Source: Paragordius varius (lineage: Eukaryota; Animalia; Nematomorpha). From it: a stretch of 64,000 nt of DNA. The notes under the pieces are model-generated. The model did no database searches. It saw nothing but the letters and a program-made list of their open reading frames with translations, and was not told where the DNA came from. How positions within the stretch are numbered: position 1 is the first letter of the stretch; every line of letters starts with the position of its first letter. Shown here piece after piece: positions 36,865 through 51,800 of this stretch. The position numbers were made by a program, and so were the translations under genes. The stretch spans positions 15,128,001-15,192,000 of the forward strand of contig OZ176050.1 of the NCBI GenBank assembly GCA_964247055.1, read 5' to 3'.

Positions 36865-39800
36865 TTATACATTGTGGTTTTGTAACCAGCCCATAATTGC
36901 TTCATAATTCAATTTGACCGATTCAATATTGGTAATAATATGTTCCCGCGTTTGATAAAATGCTTTTTCTGTAATTAATCCGCCGGCTAACGGCGCTTTG
37001 AAAAATGTCTCGTAATCAGACAGCAGTTCCTTTGTCCCAAAGCCTGAATAAAGAGTAAAAATTGATAAAAATGAATAGCTAATTAATAAATTTTAATTAC
37101 AACTCACTTGCACAAAATATTAACAATTAATAATTTTTGGATTAAGTAACTTATTAAAAATTTTGGGCTTATAATATATCCAAAATATAGAAATTTTTTA
37201 GCTTTAAATTCTAGAACTGTCTCATTTTTCTTAATATCTATTAATTTAGTTAAATATATTAGCAATAATAACCATAACTATATAAAAAAGTATTATATTA
37301 GACTCGTCTAATATAAGCATTTACATCACAACAAATTCATATTATTATCATTTAATTGGTGAGATTTTGAGTTTGGTTGAAAAAGTTGAAAAATACCTTT
37401 ACAAACATTATCGATTAACATGTCAAAGACTAATGAATTTTTCCCGAATTTTCGAAGAAACAAATTCCATTCTTTTTTGACAAATTCCCAAACACGGTTT
37501 TGTGCGCTTTGCAACGGAGATCTTCCTGAAATCCAAGATAATAAAACGATCGAGTTTTGAGGCTTTATAGAATCTTTCTTATTCTTACAAATTAATCCGC
37601 TCTTGATGTACCCTAAAAGTCTATAGCAGTTAAAAATAATTAATAATATAACTGCTAGTTTCATGTCTTCTAAAAAACGGATGATAAAAACACGATAAAA
37701 AAGTCATAAACGCTGAATAGTTATAAAGAATGGTGTCAACGTTTGAAAGATTGAATATCATCCTTAAAATAATCTTATAATGTAAATATAACGCTCCTCT
37801 GATTTAAAATATAAGTCATAAGAGGTGATTAAAAAAATTACTTAACATCGTTAATTTTGAGAAAGTCAAATAAAATTAGTTCGTCTCATAATGTAGTCAT
37901 TTTTTGTAAAGGACTTGTAATGAAAGGAAATCAATTTTATATTATACTAGCGTAAATCTCGTGCTGCTACGCAGCCCGAGGTCCTTCGGACTTCTGGGGG
38001 GGGGGGTTATTTGAAAAAAGGGACAATAAAATGATCTACATATGTGGATTATTTCGAAAAATTATTTAATAGCTATGATCTCATAGGAATCTTAAAACGG
38101 TGCATTCATACTAATTTATTATTTACTTGGGGGAGAAATAGATTTAAAAAATTATTTTTGTGGACTTTGTTTTTTTGATAAAAATGGCATTTTACGGGGG
38201 TAGCGGGTAAAAAGAGGACCTAAATCAAAAAAGTGAGTCGACTATGTTCAGCGCGATCAAAAATAAGTAAACAAAAATCATATTTGAAATTGATTGGTCC
38301 AACACGTTCTCCAAAAAATTGACTGAACCCATTTTTCACACGGGGTGGGCCCGAACTGGGGACCTAATTCCAAAAAAGGGCGAAGCTATTGTCGGGGCTT
38401 TCATTAATGATTATATTTTTTCGATATTTGGATTTGAATGGGTTCATCGGTTTTCCGGAAACAGATCACAAAGTTACATGAGAAATCAGTTTTTCGCGGG
38501 TAGCTCCTTACCCAGCAGCTATCATTAAAAAAACGCTTGACTAAAATTTTTGCCTTTTAACAGGGAATACGTGGAATCCATATAGAATTTTTACGGTCTC
38601 ATGTCTTGGTCGAAAAAGAGATTTAAAAAAATATTTTTGTGGACTTTGTTTTTTGAAAAAGGTGGCATTTTACGGGGGGAGCGGGTAAAAAGAGGGCCTA
38701 AATCAAAAAAGTGACTCGACTATGTTTGGCCCAATCGAAATAAAAATCATATTTGAAATAGAATGGACCAACACGTTCTCCGGAAAATTGTCTCAAAGAC
38801 ACGATTTTTGTGGGCTTCTGTTTAAAAAAACCCGTTTTTCACACGGGGTGGGCCCGAACTGGGGGCCTATTTCAAAAAAGGGCGAAGCTATTGTCGGGGC
38901 ATTCATTAATGATTATATTTTTTCGATGTTTGGATTTAAATGGGTTTACCGGTTTCCCTGTACCAGATCACAAAGCCAGCATTTTCCATTTTTATAAATA
39001 TATAGATGAATGTTGTATTTATCTTATAAGTGTTTCGCCCAACTTTCAGCCGTATTAAAAAAACATTGTCTTTTAAAAACCATCATCAAGCTATTTTTTA
39101 ACGTCATCCAATATTGAAGTGCTGGTTTGCGAGAATGTGCCCCAGCGATGCGGCCAGGGTCAGCGGGTGCGAAAGAATTTAAGCGATAGCAGTGCTTTAC
39201 TGGTTTTGCTTTGTAGAGGTATCAGGTCATGTAGCAAAATTACTTTGCGCCGATTTCGATCGTTTTTCGGTTAATTATTGATTAAAATTAATCATTAGAA
39301 TAAAGTATTAACGGTTTCACCGGGTTTCTTGTACTATATTGGTCCCAGACACTGAGAGCATGCACTTTTAGCCGAAGCGATTTGGCAGTATTGATGGACC
39401 TGGTCATGTAAATACCACGATTCGGGCTTTGATTCGCAAAATAGAGCCATTTTTCATCACACGTCACATTTCAATGCAATGATTTTGCTTTCATGACTTT
39501 CACAAATCTTGCGATACTATATTGATTCAAATTGTATGGGATCCATTCTAAATTTATTGGTATTTTCACATTGCTTGTAAACATCTCATTATTTCTTATT
39601 CTATAAAAGTTCATCATCCAATAGCTCTTGCTTTTTAGCGTCTTCGCAGTTTTCACATGTAATCATATCTTTTATCATTTCAAAACCATTCACGTAGGTT
39701 GATCGATGGAGCATGTTCATCATTATGTTTCAGCCAGCAAATTAAAATTTTCAACGGCCTTTTTCTTCTGATGGCAATGCGTGCTTAGACACAATATTGG

Positions 39801-42800
39801 TCATGATAGAATGATAAAAAGAAGTCGTTAGTTGAGAGAATTATGGTTTTAAATGTTAAATGATCAAAATCGGTCATGTATCGAGTGATCGTCTGCGTAC
39901 TTTTCACTAAAGTCTTCTTTTAGTTAAATCGACAATACCTTAAGGCTACATATTGTATAAAATTACCACATTTTAAGTTTTGACGACCCTTGTAAAACTT
40001 AAATTTTGCCTCCTTAAAATGATTTACTGCATTAATAAATAACCTTTCCATCAAAGTGCTATTGTTAGTTGTTGCTAGGGCCGACAAAAGCGCTCTCTTT
40101 TCAAAGGGAACCAAACTTATTTTATAGAGAGCCCAAGCATCATTCCAGTCTTTTGTGTCACCATACTCAATTCCAGCCTTTACTATTGCTCCAAACAATT
40201 CAGGGTAAGGCTATAACGATTTTGGAGTTAGTTTTATTTTAATATGATAGGTTGTTTATTAAAAAAATAATTTAGTAAAAAAACTTAAAAAGTATAAGAC
40301 TGTCTGCTAAGTCGAAAATATTGAGCCGGAATTTACGCTTTTATGATTTGGAATCGTAATATTGGTTTGTGTTATAAATTGGTTGTTTATTAAATTTTAT
40401 ACCTCAACTTAAGCTTTATAGAAGTTATGGCTCTTCCTTTAATAAAAATATGGACTTTTAATTTTATGACTAGTTGTACCGGTTATTCAATAATTATAAT
40501 ATTTTTGTGCATATTGGATAGGGAGGAATTTTTTTACATCTAATATTTTTTATCAACTATGCTAGCAAACATTTTAGTTTTTTGGTAATTGTAGAAAAAC
40601 GCAACAAGGGGTTTATATTGATTGGCAGAATAATATAGAAGGGATCAAGAATCAAATAAACTATTATTACATTATAACTATTAATATAAAAAAAGTATTT
40701 CTTAGCCCTCCCTTGACTGGAAATCATGAAAGATGAAAAAATTTTAAACCAGAATCATGATCGTTTTTTTAGAATGTTGTGAAGAAGCTTTTTACTATAC
40801 GGTCTCGGAAGCCGGTTTAAATTTTTTAATTCCATTAAATTAATATTTGCAGTTATACACAATCATATTATATATTTAGGTAACATTCTTTTAACAAGTA
40901 CAGTGAAAATTGGAATTATACGGACAAAATGTTAAACTAAAGACAAATATTCTTTTCTAAAAGACAACCATACTCTTCAAATCTTGATTTTTTTAAATAT
41001 AACTCATTTTTTCAATTGAAAAGTACATAATACTGTACATGGGTAACATAATTACAATTAAATGATAATAGGATAAATTAGGGTTTTAAATAGTTGATGT
41101 TGTCTTTTGAACAAAAATATTTGTCTTTATATTTTTACGTTTTGTCCGTATAATTTCAATTTTTAATGTACAAGATATAAATATGGGGTTGTTTAGATAA
41201 TTGGTCTTTATATTTTACGTTTTGTCCGCATAATTTCAATTTCTACTGTAAATGGCCTTAGTTACGGTTCAATTATCACTAAACAAGCACTACACCTAAT
41301 TGAATTAGAAAATAGTAGGACAAAATCTTGTTTGGAGTTGACTAATCCATTGTTTTTTACTATTATCTGACGACTTCATTATTTTAAAACGAAATATTTA
41401 ATAAAGCGTTTATAAACGGTCGTAAGATCAAATACCTATCATTTTTTATGGTTTGATTACTAGAGCTAAAACTCAATAATTGTATTTTATTACGATTTAA
41501 TTCGTTTGTTATATTAATTCAATGTTGTTGAATAAAATACCGTGGTTCGATTTGCAGAGGTGTAATTATCCATCCAATTTCTAAATAAAGATCTGCATTT
41601 TGTGATTGTTGGTTCATGGCCTAACACCACCGCCATTTCAATAGTTTTGGCTTGTAAAGTCCTATAATATATTAATTAAACCGCATACTATAATCTGAAA
41701 AAATGCCTGTAGTAGTTACTGCATCATAGCAATTAGTTTATGATATGATTAAAACTCAATTTTCTTCTAGCTTATAAATAGGTATCTAAGAATTAAATAT
41801 ATAATGAAAAAAGTTTCCAAATAATTTTTTTCTATATTGCTTAATAACCAATGCTGGGGTGAAGGTTGTAAGGGATTTTCTATTACATTTACAACCAAAT
41901 ATTTCACAACCCCAATTGCATTAGCTATATCAAAAATGAACAAGTTCAATGTTCATAAATTATTAAAAGGATCACTCTCAGAGCTAATATTTAAAAACCT
42001 ATATTTCAATTACGTTTTTCCCTATTAATAATTTATATATTATAGCACCATTTGAATACCTAACCTCATGTTTTGCCCAAATAAAAAAATGTTAATTTAC
42101 AAATCTGCGTGTGAGACTTCTTCCGCACTTTTCCAGGGATTAAAGCGTTCTAACAGTTTGTCAAGTAATAAACGATTGATAAATGATCGCATAAGTTCCG
42201 CAAACAGCGTCGAATTATTATAATGTCGAAACTGATTATAAAAGTCCTTGATTGATTCCAAAACCTCTAATAGAGGTAAAGTGCCATTCTCGTTCAAATC
42301 TAAAAAACATAAAAAACCTTATGAAACATTGTATAATAGTCAATTTTAATTTCATAACCTACTACGTTATCGGGATAAAGTGCTTCATGATTGTGGTATG
42401 TCCAAAAAGATTATCCTCATATAGAAAAATCATCAAAAAATATTTCTAACTCTCAATTAATACTTTTCAGAAATTATAAAAATTTAATTTGGTCATCCAA
42501 GGTTAAATCCATTTATGTTTAACGTTTATGTCTCACCTTTAAAGGAAAAAGGATTCTCTGGGTTTTATAAAAGATTACATTAAAACTAAACGTAAATAAC
42601 ATCAACTAAATTTATTAAACCTCATTTTATATATTTACACCTTAAATCATTTAAGTTAGCGAAAAAAAATCATGTAAAAATATTTTTCACTATTAAAATT
42701 ATAGTTATTTGGTGTTTATGTTTGGTCAATTATTTTTACTGTATAAAGTTTATCAAAAAGAGTCAAAAAATAAATAAAATATATTTTTTAAGGTAGATAT

Positions 42801-45800
42801 ATTATTTTTTTAAAGGACCTGTGTCATTCGTATCGAAAGCATTAGGATTAACGTACAACAGAAATTCCAAGAAATTAACATATGGTTCATATCCAAATCT
42901 GACAATATAAAGGAAACATTAAATATGTAAACCAAATTTATAATGTAGTAATATGTTATTATTCTTTGGCGGACAAAAAACCTGCATATTTCCATGACTG
43001 AAAATTAATAAAAAATATATGGGAAACGATTAGTTAATAATAATTATATATATTTGTGCTTGTTAGCACTCATCAAAAAGATAAGAGTGGCTTTCACAAA
43101 TCCTTAAATACCTAACTTCTTACCATATGATATTTTTAATAAAATTAAAAATTAGATAAAACTAAAGTTAAGCCAATTTTTTAAACTTTTTTAGCGGTGT
43201 ATGAATTAGTTTAACAATTACAGGAAAATTCACATTTTAGAGTTAATTCAACTAGGCATTCTTAGCAATAAGGTATTCCAATTAAAATAATGTAAATAAC
43301 TTTGCTAGAATCCTCATATTGTAGATAAGTTGAGTCCTTTCCGTATCCGTTATAACTGAAGCGTTGGTTTTAAGTACATTAAGTAGGGCAGAATATATTT
43401 GAGGACCATATCTAACAAGGTAAAATCCTGAATAGTTTAGATTAGCTTTGACCCAAACATGTTGGTTCGTTTCGAATGTTTTAAGAGTTGTTTTATGCGA
43501 AATATTTTGTTTATGCATCCAAACCACCTATAATTATATATAATAAAGTTGAACTAAAATTTTGGCACATATTTATTGATTTTCATCGATGTTGCTAATA
43601 TAAAGGGCTGTTTATTTAATATCTATCCATTCATATTGAGCCAAAATTTGCAAATAATATTTATATTATTGTATAATTATTGATCAAGTATTATGCTAAT
43701 ACATTGATTTTTTCCGATTATAACTATATATGGAAATTAGTAAAAAAATTTATTACATTGACAATTTTTTATCCTTATATTTTTTTAGGTCACAACGGTC
43801 ATATTAAGCTAGGTATGATATCCTGAGGAAAAATTTACCCCCGATTGCACACTGTGTAATATATAATAACAACAACTAGCTTCTTACATATAGTAACCAA
43901 TAAAAACTTTAATATGAAGTTGCCGACTCAAGTTTTAAAAAAATTCATATATTTAATATGATAATCCATACAAACCTTTGTTGAATAATAGAAAAAATTA
44001 TTAATTATGCATATTAACTATATAATTAAGCCTTCATATAAAAAAATATTTTTAAAACTCATGCAAATTAATCTATAAATTATGGGTTTCTAAACATATG
44101 GCTTCGTTATGAATTTTAGGTTTTAACGATCCGAAAAACCCTATATAAGGTTAACAAACATTTATTGGATTTTAAACAGATGAGTTAAAAACTACAATTT
44201 ATAGCGATTTTCGCTACTTCATTGCCAAAATTCGGGAAGATTTATTAAAAATTGGTTTAATAATAATAATGTTACTATAATTCTTCCCTATATTGATGTC
44301 TGTCGAGTGTTGGACACCTCAGGTTCAATTAAAAAATAGGTGGATATTTAAAACATCAAAATAAAGCACATCATTTTCAATAAAAACCAATGTATGGAAT
44401 CGACAGTGTAATGCTATCATATCTGAAAATAAACGCAATATTATTATCTTTGTTAATAACCGTTATTACAAAACCTATATTACAACTCCGTTCATATAAA
44501 AAATTTTACGTTGCGGAAAAACCTGTTTTTTGAATCCTACTAAATAAACATTTATCACTCAGCCATTTTTTTTATATTTTCACATCTGGTCTGTAAAAAT
44601 TTTAAACTTGGATTTGACCGTTTATGAATTGTTAAAATGTGTAATCATACTTTATTGTTATTGTCAAAAGTGGATTTTTGATTTCCGATTTTCATAGTAA
44701 GAGGTATATTCCAGCGACTGTTAAGTTCATCCCTGCTTGTTGCATTCAAAAATTGGTTGGAAAACTTATTTTGATATATAGAAAAAAAATATTGCGACAT
44801 AGTAATGTTATGGCTTTCATTTTGTGGTATAGTAAAATTGACATTGATAGGATCCATTATGGTAACCAAAGGAAACCCTTTCTGTATATATAAAAGGGTT
44901 AATAAGACATAGAATTGCTCATAAATATATAATTAATTAATATATATATATATATATATATATATGGATCTTTGTTTGGCAATTTATTATTGGAGGAATA
45001 TATTTTTTTACAATGTGTATGTAGTTTTGGAAATTGCATTCGTTATAATTGCATTACCTAAATATAAAAATTATAGTCAAATCACATGCAAGCTTTGATC
45101 ATTTCATAACATAGACCTGCGATAAACAAGTTTTAAAATATTTTTCGAAACAATTCAATTTTAAGAGAATTCTAAAACTTATAAACTCAAATATATTCAT
45201 AACTATCTTATTAGGTTTTTCATTAGAAAGTATGAAAAATCATTCTTGTGAAACTTTTTTTTACACGTGGTGTGTAATAAGAATTATTCCCCATATTTTC
45301 ACTTTGAATGAGAACCATAAATTGGATGCTAAGGTTACGAAAACAGAATTAAAAGTTTGAGGTCATTCACTCCATCATACACCAAACAAAATTTTTGCGT
45401 TCATGCGATATACTTAAATTGTATTTTTCGGTAAAGAAATATGTGACTCAAAAAATATAGATAAATTGGTTAAATTTTTTTAAACACTTTAATGCGTTAA
45501 AATTGATGCACTTCAAACCGAAAAGGAATCAGCCCTATCCGAAATTAAACTTTTGAAAGCTAAATTGGTAAGCGCTCCATCCCGGCCGATCACCCAAAAA
45601 TAATGGGCACATCGATTATAATGGTACATATTTTTGTTTTATTACTTTAAAATTATTTTTATTTATCATTTTTAAAACTATTATAAGAAAAGTTTAGGTA
45701 TGTAAAATATGTTACACAGTAAAAATGCATATTATAGAGACAAAAGGTAAGCATGTAATGCAAATATTTTTTTGAAAATGACTGTTTTACTTTTTAAACT

Positions 45801-48800
45801 TGTTTTTTTTTAAATTTATAACCCATTTCAATTGAAAGTATAAAATGGAGATAAAAATTTGTAAACAATCAATCATATGTTTAATAATTTTAATTAATCA
45901 GTTATAAAGGTGAAAATAAGGTTGAGTAAACGATGGTTGCCGTTAAAAAAATTTTGTTTTAATGTTTTGTCTATAATTTTAATTTTTCCCTATAAACTTA
46001 GTCAAAATAAATGCAAATGATATGAAAAATATTAACATAAATATTATATTTTATATAACATATGTCCACCGTTTTAAAGGTCTGTAATAGAATTAATGAG
46101 TATTTCAATGATCTGCCTTTAAACTCCTAAATTTTTGTAAGGGAAAGTTAGAATATATCTTATGTAAATTGCTAACCACCAGAAATTTGATTATTAAGTG
46201 TGTTTTTATTATTAAAAGACTATAATTTTCATTATTTAAGAAACAAACTTGTTTAATCCATCCCTTCATGATAGTTTCAATCGAAGGCATCAATTCTTTA
46301 TCCATTGAGTAATTCCCTGCTTACCATATATTACAATAAAATAAAAAAGTATGAAATCTGTAAAGTAAATGATTAGTTTATTTTTAATTAGGCCGTTAAT
46401 AGGGCCTCCTACCTTAGTAACCTTAAATGACTCTATTCTCGAAAACCATAATTAAATATATAAAAAATTCTGGTTTTAATAATAATCCCACTATTTTACC
46501 TTTTATGGGGCTCAATTATATTTTACTATACATATTCAAAGCCTATCATTTCGAATGTTATTGTAAAATTATTGCATATTTTTACCAAAATTTCCATAGG
46601 ATTCTTGTAAAACTTTCCATAAATCATTCCCACATGCATTCTCATAGGCATACTTGGACAAAAAAGCTTTTATACCTAAAGCATTTAAAAGTTGTGTTTA
46701 TAAAAATACGATTTTGCAGTTAATTAAAATTTAAGGCGCAGAATCAAAAATTCACAGAAATATGCTTATTAAAAAACCATACAACAAAATGATGTCAATA
46801 TTATCATAATCCGTTATATTTAATATGGTAAAATATGGGGAAACCTGATTCTAAAGTCCATATATAACCCTTATTATATGGTCCATAAAAAAATTTGGGT
46901 AAATGATAGACTGTCGGGTTTTAGTTAGGGTAAAAGTTTTACATTTAGGCTTTTCAGGTCCTGAAACCTATATTAATTGTATTTATGATACAATGTTATT
47001 TAAAATATAAAAGGAATATCAAGAGTAAACCTTTTCTAAAAACAGCGTGTGGAACTATGGGCCCATCAAGCATACGAATCAATAGCGCTGCTTTGTTGTA
47101 AGATATAAGATCATAGGAAGATTGAATATCCGATGGTTTTACTACCAAACCATTACTCACTGGTCGTGAATTCGATAAAACATCCAAAAGAATGACTTTA
47201 GTACTCAACAACGATATAAATCGGTCAAATACATCTAAAATAATTAAAGCCATTTCAAACAAATATGTAAAATTCGTGAATATTCATTGGCATTTTACAC
47301 ATTATATTAAGTCACCGGACAATTTTAAAATTATATAAATTTTATCCTGGAAATCATTTGAAAGGATTAGATATTATTTTGACTCTAATAACGGTTGCCC
47401 TTCCCGAGCTTCTTAGCCAACTATAATTGGTCCGAAAAATCAAATTGTTTGTTATACACAATCTTATCCGTATTTGTTTATGTGTAACTAATGGGTCCCA
47501 CATTACAGTGCACGATTTAGGGGGTTATTTTGAGATGATAATATGTATTTCGATAAAATATAATAAGATTTTTTGGTGCTTTTGATTTTGGGGCTTGCAA
47601 GTGATTAGTCAAAGATTCTTCCACTTTTATGGTGATTCCATATCGAAAAGTCGCAAAATTAGCGGACATTATAGCAAATAAATTATTTTGGCATGCTTCA
47701 TTCCAAAAAATATTATATTATATCATAAAAAGCAAAATATTTTTTAATAAAATTATTGACTTAGGCTCTAAAAGTTGAAATTTTTTAACACCTTTAAAAC
47801 GGGCTGTTTTCTTAAAATTAACTCCAAACTACCAAGATTGTGCTAATTTTTTTTAGATATATGTTGAATTTAATATCTAAAAAAGATTTATTTTAAAAAA
47901 TCTATACTTTTCTTCAAAATTCAAATTTGAAAAGATTTTTAAGCATACCTCATTGCATTTTGAGGCCTGATGGAGACTTTTAGAAAGATGCTATGATTCA
48001 AAATTTTTTACAACCTTTGTTTTTCTTCAATTTTAAATTTAATGTAAAATGTTTATTCTCACTGCTGGTCGATCGAATGTTATAATCAAAATTCTGAAAT
48101 AACATGTTTAAAGTTAAAATTATGTAAAAGTGTTTTTATAACCCTTTTTATGCTGCGAAATACCGAAAACGGTTTATAAAAATAATTATAATTTTTTTTG
48201 ATTTCGTAATTAAGGCGTATATAAAAGTTGTTTTCTCGCATCAGCATTTTATTTTAGAAGATTATCTTATTTGAAGGGTCCAAACATTTGCAAATTTCGG
48301 AGCCTACGTCCAAAATTTATGGAAATATTGTTTTATTTATATATAGTTCATAAATCTAATAATATGTGTTTAAATTTAATCATTTAGCTTTTACCAGATA
48401 AATTCTCTTAAATATATAAGAAATTGCGATTTTTTCTTATGGAGATATCGACACAAAAGTAATTTTAGATTTTAATTTTTTGTCCATCAAAAAAAACGAC
48501 TTTCGTGTTTTGCATGTAAAATTAATAGCATTCCTGAAATAAAAAATAAAATGTAATTTGGGGCCCAAATGGCGCATTGCTATTCATAACTTCCTAGAAA
48601 AGAAATTTTATTTTTTTTGGCTTTTTCTCCAAGATTTTGCAAAATTATCAAATAGCCTATAATATTCAAGTGATCAATTTTGATTCTAAAACAAACGTTT
48701 TTTTAATTAATAATATAATAAATAATAAAAATGATACTCCATTGGGGAAAGAGTGCATGAGCACAAATGATGGCCATGTAGTTTGCGAAACCTTCCTTGA

Positions 48801-51800
48801 GCCACAAATCATCCCACCACCTCATGGTCACTAAATTACCGAACCACTATAAATGCGCGTAAAAAGTTTGTTAAATCTGTAATTACAAAAATGAAGGTGG
48901 CGGTCTTTTTGGACAGAAAAAATGTTCAGCCCTTAGGGGTTAACTTAAATTTTTTTTGAGGAATCTTTTAAAATTTTTAAATCTAAAAATTGAAATGTCT
49001 TTAAGTTTGAAAACGAATAACTCCATAAAATAATAAAAAACTACTTTTATAATGAATGTGCCAATCGGGTAAATCCAACCTCCAAATTAAGCGCAAAAAA
49101 TGGTTTGAATTAAATTTGGGTTATAATCTTATGAAAAGAGTTTAGGGCCTTTTTGAATTAATCCTTGACTAGAACCACGCCCCATATATAATTATGATTT
49201 ATGAAAATGTGTATACCAATATAAATTGTTATAAATATGTATAAATATATTATCATAGCCGGTCACTTTGAGGTAAGCTTGTGTATCTACACATATTTTA
49301 ATTTTCAACACAAAATAACTTCCAGTATATTTCCGGAAGACGCGTAAACAATATTATGATCTTTCTTAAAATAACTTATAATGATGACCGCTTTTTATGA
49401 ATTGGGGGTCGGTATTACCATCAAAGGCTTCCTGTGGAAACGTGTGTAACCAGCCCTCTTTAAATTATTTTAACATATTTCTTTAGGAGTGAGGTGATTC
49501 TAAACACGTATTGGTTAAGGGGTCTGATTTTTATAATTGGACTTTATCAGGGCTGTCCAGCACGATGGCTAAGTCAGTGGTCCGAAAAGGGGACAAAAAA
49601 TTGGTGACCATTAGTTTAAAAATAAAAATCTAGTTTGTTTTCAAAGTCGCAAGTAAAAAGGTGAGATTGTAATAAAGTCAACCATATTTCTAGAATTTTA
49701 TTTTTTTATCGATATTATAGGTTAAATACATTTAGAATCAGTTGTCGCATATTTAGTTAATAGTAATATAGGCTTATATAAAATGCTAAACATAATTGAT
49801 TTTAGTGATAAGTTTTTTTAATAAAAGCTTTTACATCTTAAAACCTATAAATTCAAACATTATTTTAGAATATATGATTAACTTGATGCGCCATTTCATG
49901 ACCAATGATGAGAGCGACAAACTCTTTTTGAAATTCAGAGTTGACATTTGATTTATAAAGCAATCCAATCATCCGAAAAGTTACTAAACCCCAGTTTTCC
50001 GTACCACCGCTATAAAAATCGGGTATCGCTACAAAATCTAATAGATAAAGTAAAAAAAAACTTTTCATGTAAATTAAAGAAATTAATAAGTATGATAATG
50101 TATTATTACAAATGTGCACATTGAAGCAAAAAAGCGACTCGTTTAATATTAGCTTGGAAATAAAATTGGTATTATGCCATTTATATCAGAGTGACATAGA
50201 ATTTTTTAATTTTTATAAGCAATTTTCAACTGGATTCATAAGTATCAAGTGTTATTTCTAGTATAAAAGGTTAAATCATTGTAATAGTTTGAATAAATAT
50301 CGCCTAAATAGCGCAAAATATATTATTTTGGGAAAAGCTAATGTTTCAACTATAATATTTCACCAGGATACAAAATAAATTTCAACTAATATAACTATAT
50401 CATTATTTGGTATATATACCCCTCTAAACCTCTAGAATACTTTCAATATTTTTTAATAGTGTATTTATTTTTGGGGTGATATATTTTGGATTAGATCTAA
50501 ATATGATTGTGCCAAATTAAAGATGCATCTTTTTAGCCGCATTCCTCCAAAGATATCTCAAAACTGTAAAAATCGTCTCAAATTTTTTTTTATTTGTTAA
50601 AATAGCTAAAAACTTATATTAAAAAAAATAAATAATCATAAACATATAATGATGTTGCACTTGCCAACATATATTATTATCAGTCTTGTATTTGAATTTT
50701 AGAGCATCATAGAATTGTAGAAATTCCAAAATGTAAGAATTTTTGTTCATTAAACAGTAAACGTAAAAAATATATTCATGATAGATAATTGTAACAGACT
50801 TCATATAGTGCTTTTGGTCTTGGCCTTACGAGTAAAATAAGAAAGTTATTACCATTTTGTTGCAATTGCTCCATATCAAAAAAAGGCGAAAAAGCCTATT
50901 TTGCCATAAAAAGGTTTAGGTGAAAGCTAAATGCTTTCCATAAAATATTATTATTATTATAATAAATATTTCTAATGTAAAACGATACTTTTATAAAATA
51001 TCTTTCTTTAAAAGTATAACAATTTCAGAACCGTTCAAAAGGGGTTATTTTTTTAATATAAACGTAAAAAAGCCGAAATTTTGAGATAATTTTTTTTAAT
51101 ATACAATAGATTATGAAAATGAGAAAGCTAGAAATATCTTTTAAACTAAAATTTGCCTGGAAGATCATTTATCCATGATATTGAAGTACAAAACAGTGCA
51201 AATGTATATATGGCATATAATACGATATATTTTTTTCGTATTGAAAATTAACACCTTTTTACGTTTTATACTATGGTTAGGTGGGGGATTTAATTTTTAA
51301 TTTTTTCCCTAAAAATGTGTATCCATATTTAATTGACACACACACGCACAATTAACAAATTGCTTTATAAATAATTTAATTTTAATTTTCTTCTTTGTGT
51401 ATTAAAATATTAGTAAACGGTTTTTTAATTCTCATAAAAGAGAGTATAAATTCGTAGTATCCTTTAACACTGCGTCAAAATCATGGAGTATACAAAATTT
51501 CCTGATAAATTATATATATGTATCAGGATTATCAAGTCTTGTTTTTAAGAAAAATATTTCCACTTTTGTAGTAAGTGCTTCCTATCAAAAAACGGCCAAT
51601 TTTGCGATTTTCTTATCATTTTTTTGGTAAAACCAAATGCTTAATCCAAAAAATATATTAGATGTGGAAATTTTTTCGCTTAAAATGGCCAAGTTGTCTT
51701 AAAAAACAGAAATGCCGAGATTGCGCAATAAAAGTTTAATATATGTATATCCTAAAATTTAATATTTAAAAAATTGCATGCTTTTTTGAAAATATTTTTT

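Noticed and set aside
33897-39058. Track ORFs inside the Helitron copies
   Set aside because: They are short, overlap on both strands, follow the internal subrepeats and carry no Rep or helicase motifs.
45490-45605. Coiled-coil-like peptide ([22 protein letters not shown]) as a retroelement ORF1 fragment
   Set aside because: Under 40 codons with no accompanying domains; indistinguishable from chance.
49300-49500. Relatively GC-rich patch in an aminopeptidase intron as an extra exon or nested gene
   Set aside because: The flanking exons already join in phase with HEXXH-X18-E intact, and all frames here are short and unrecognisable.
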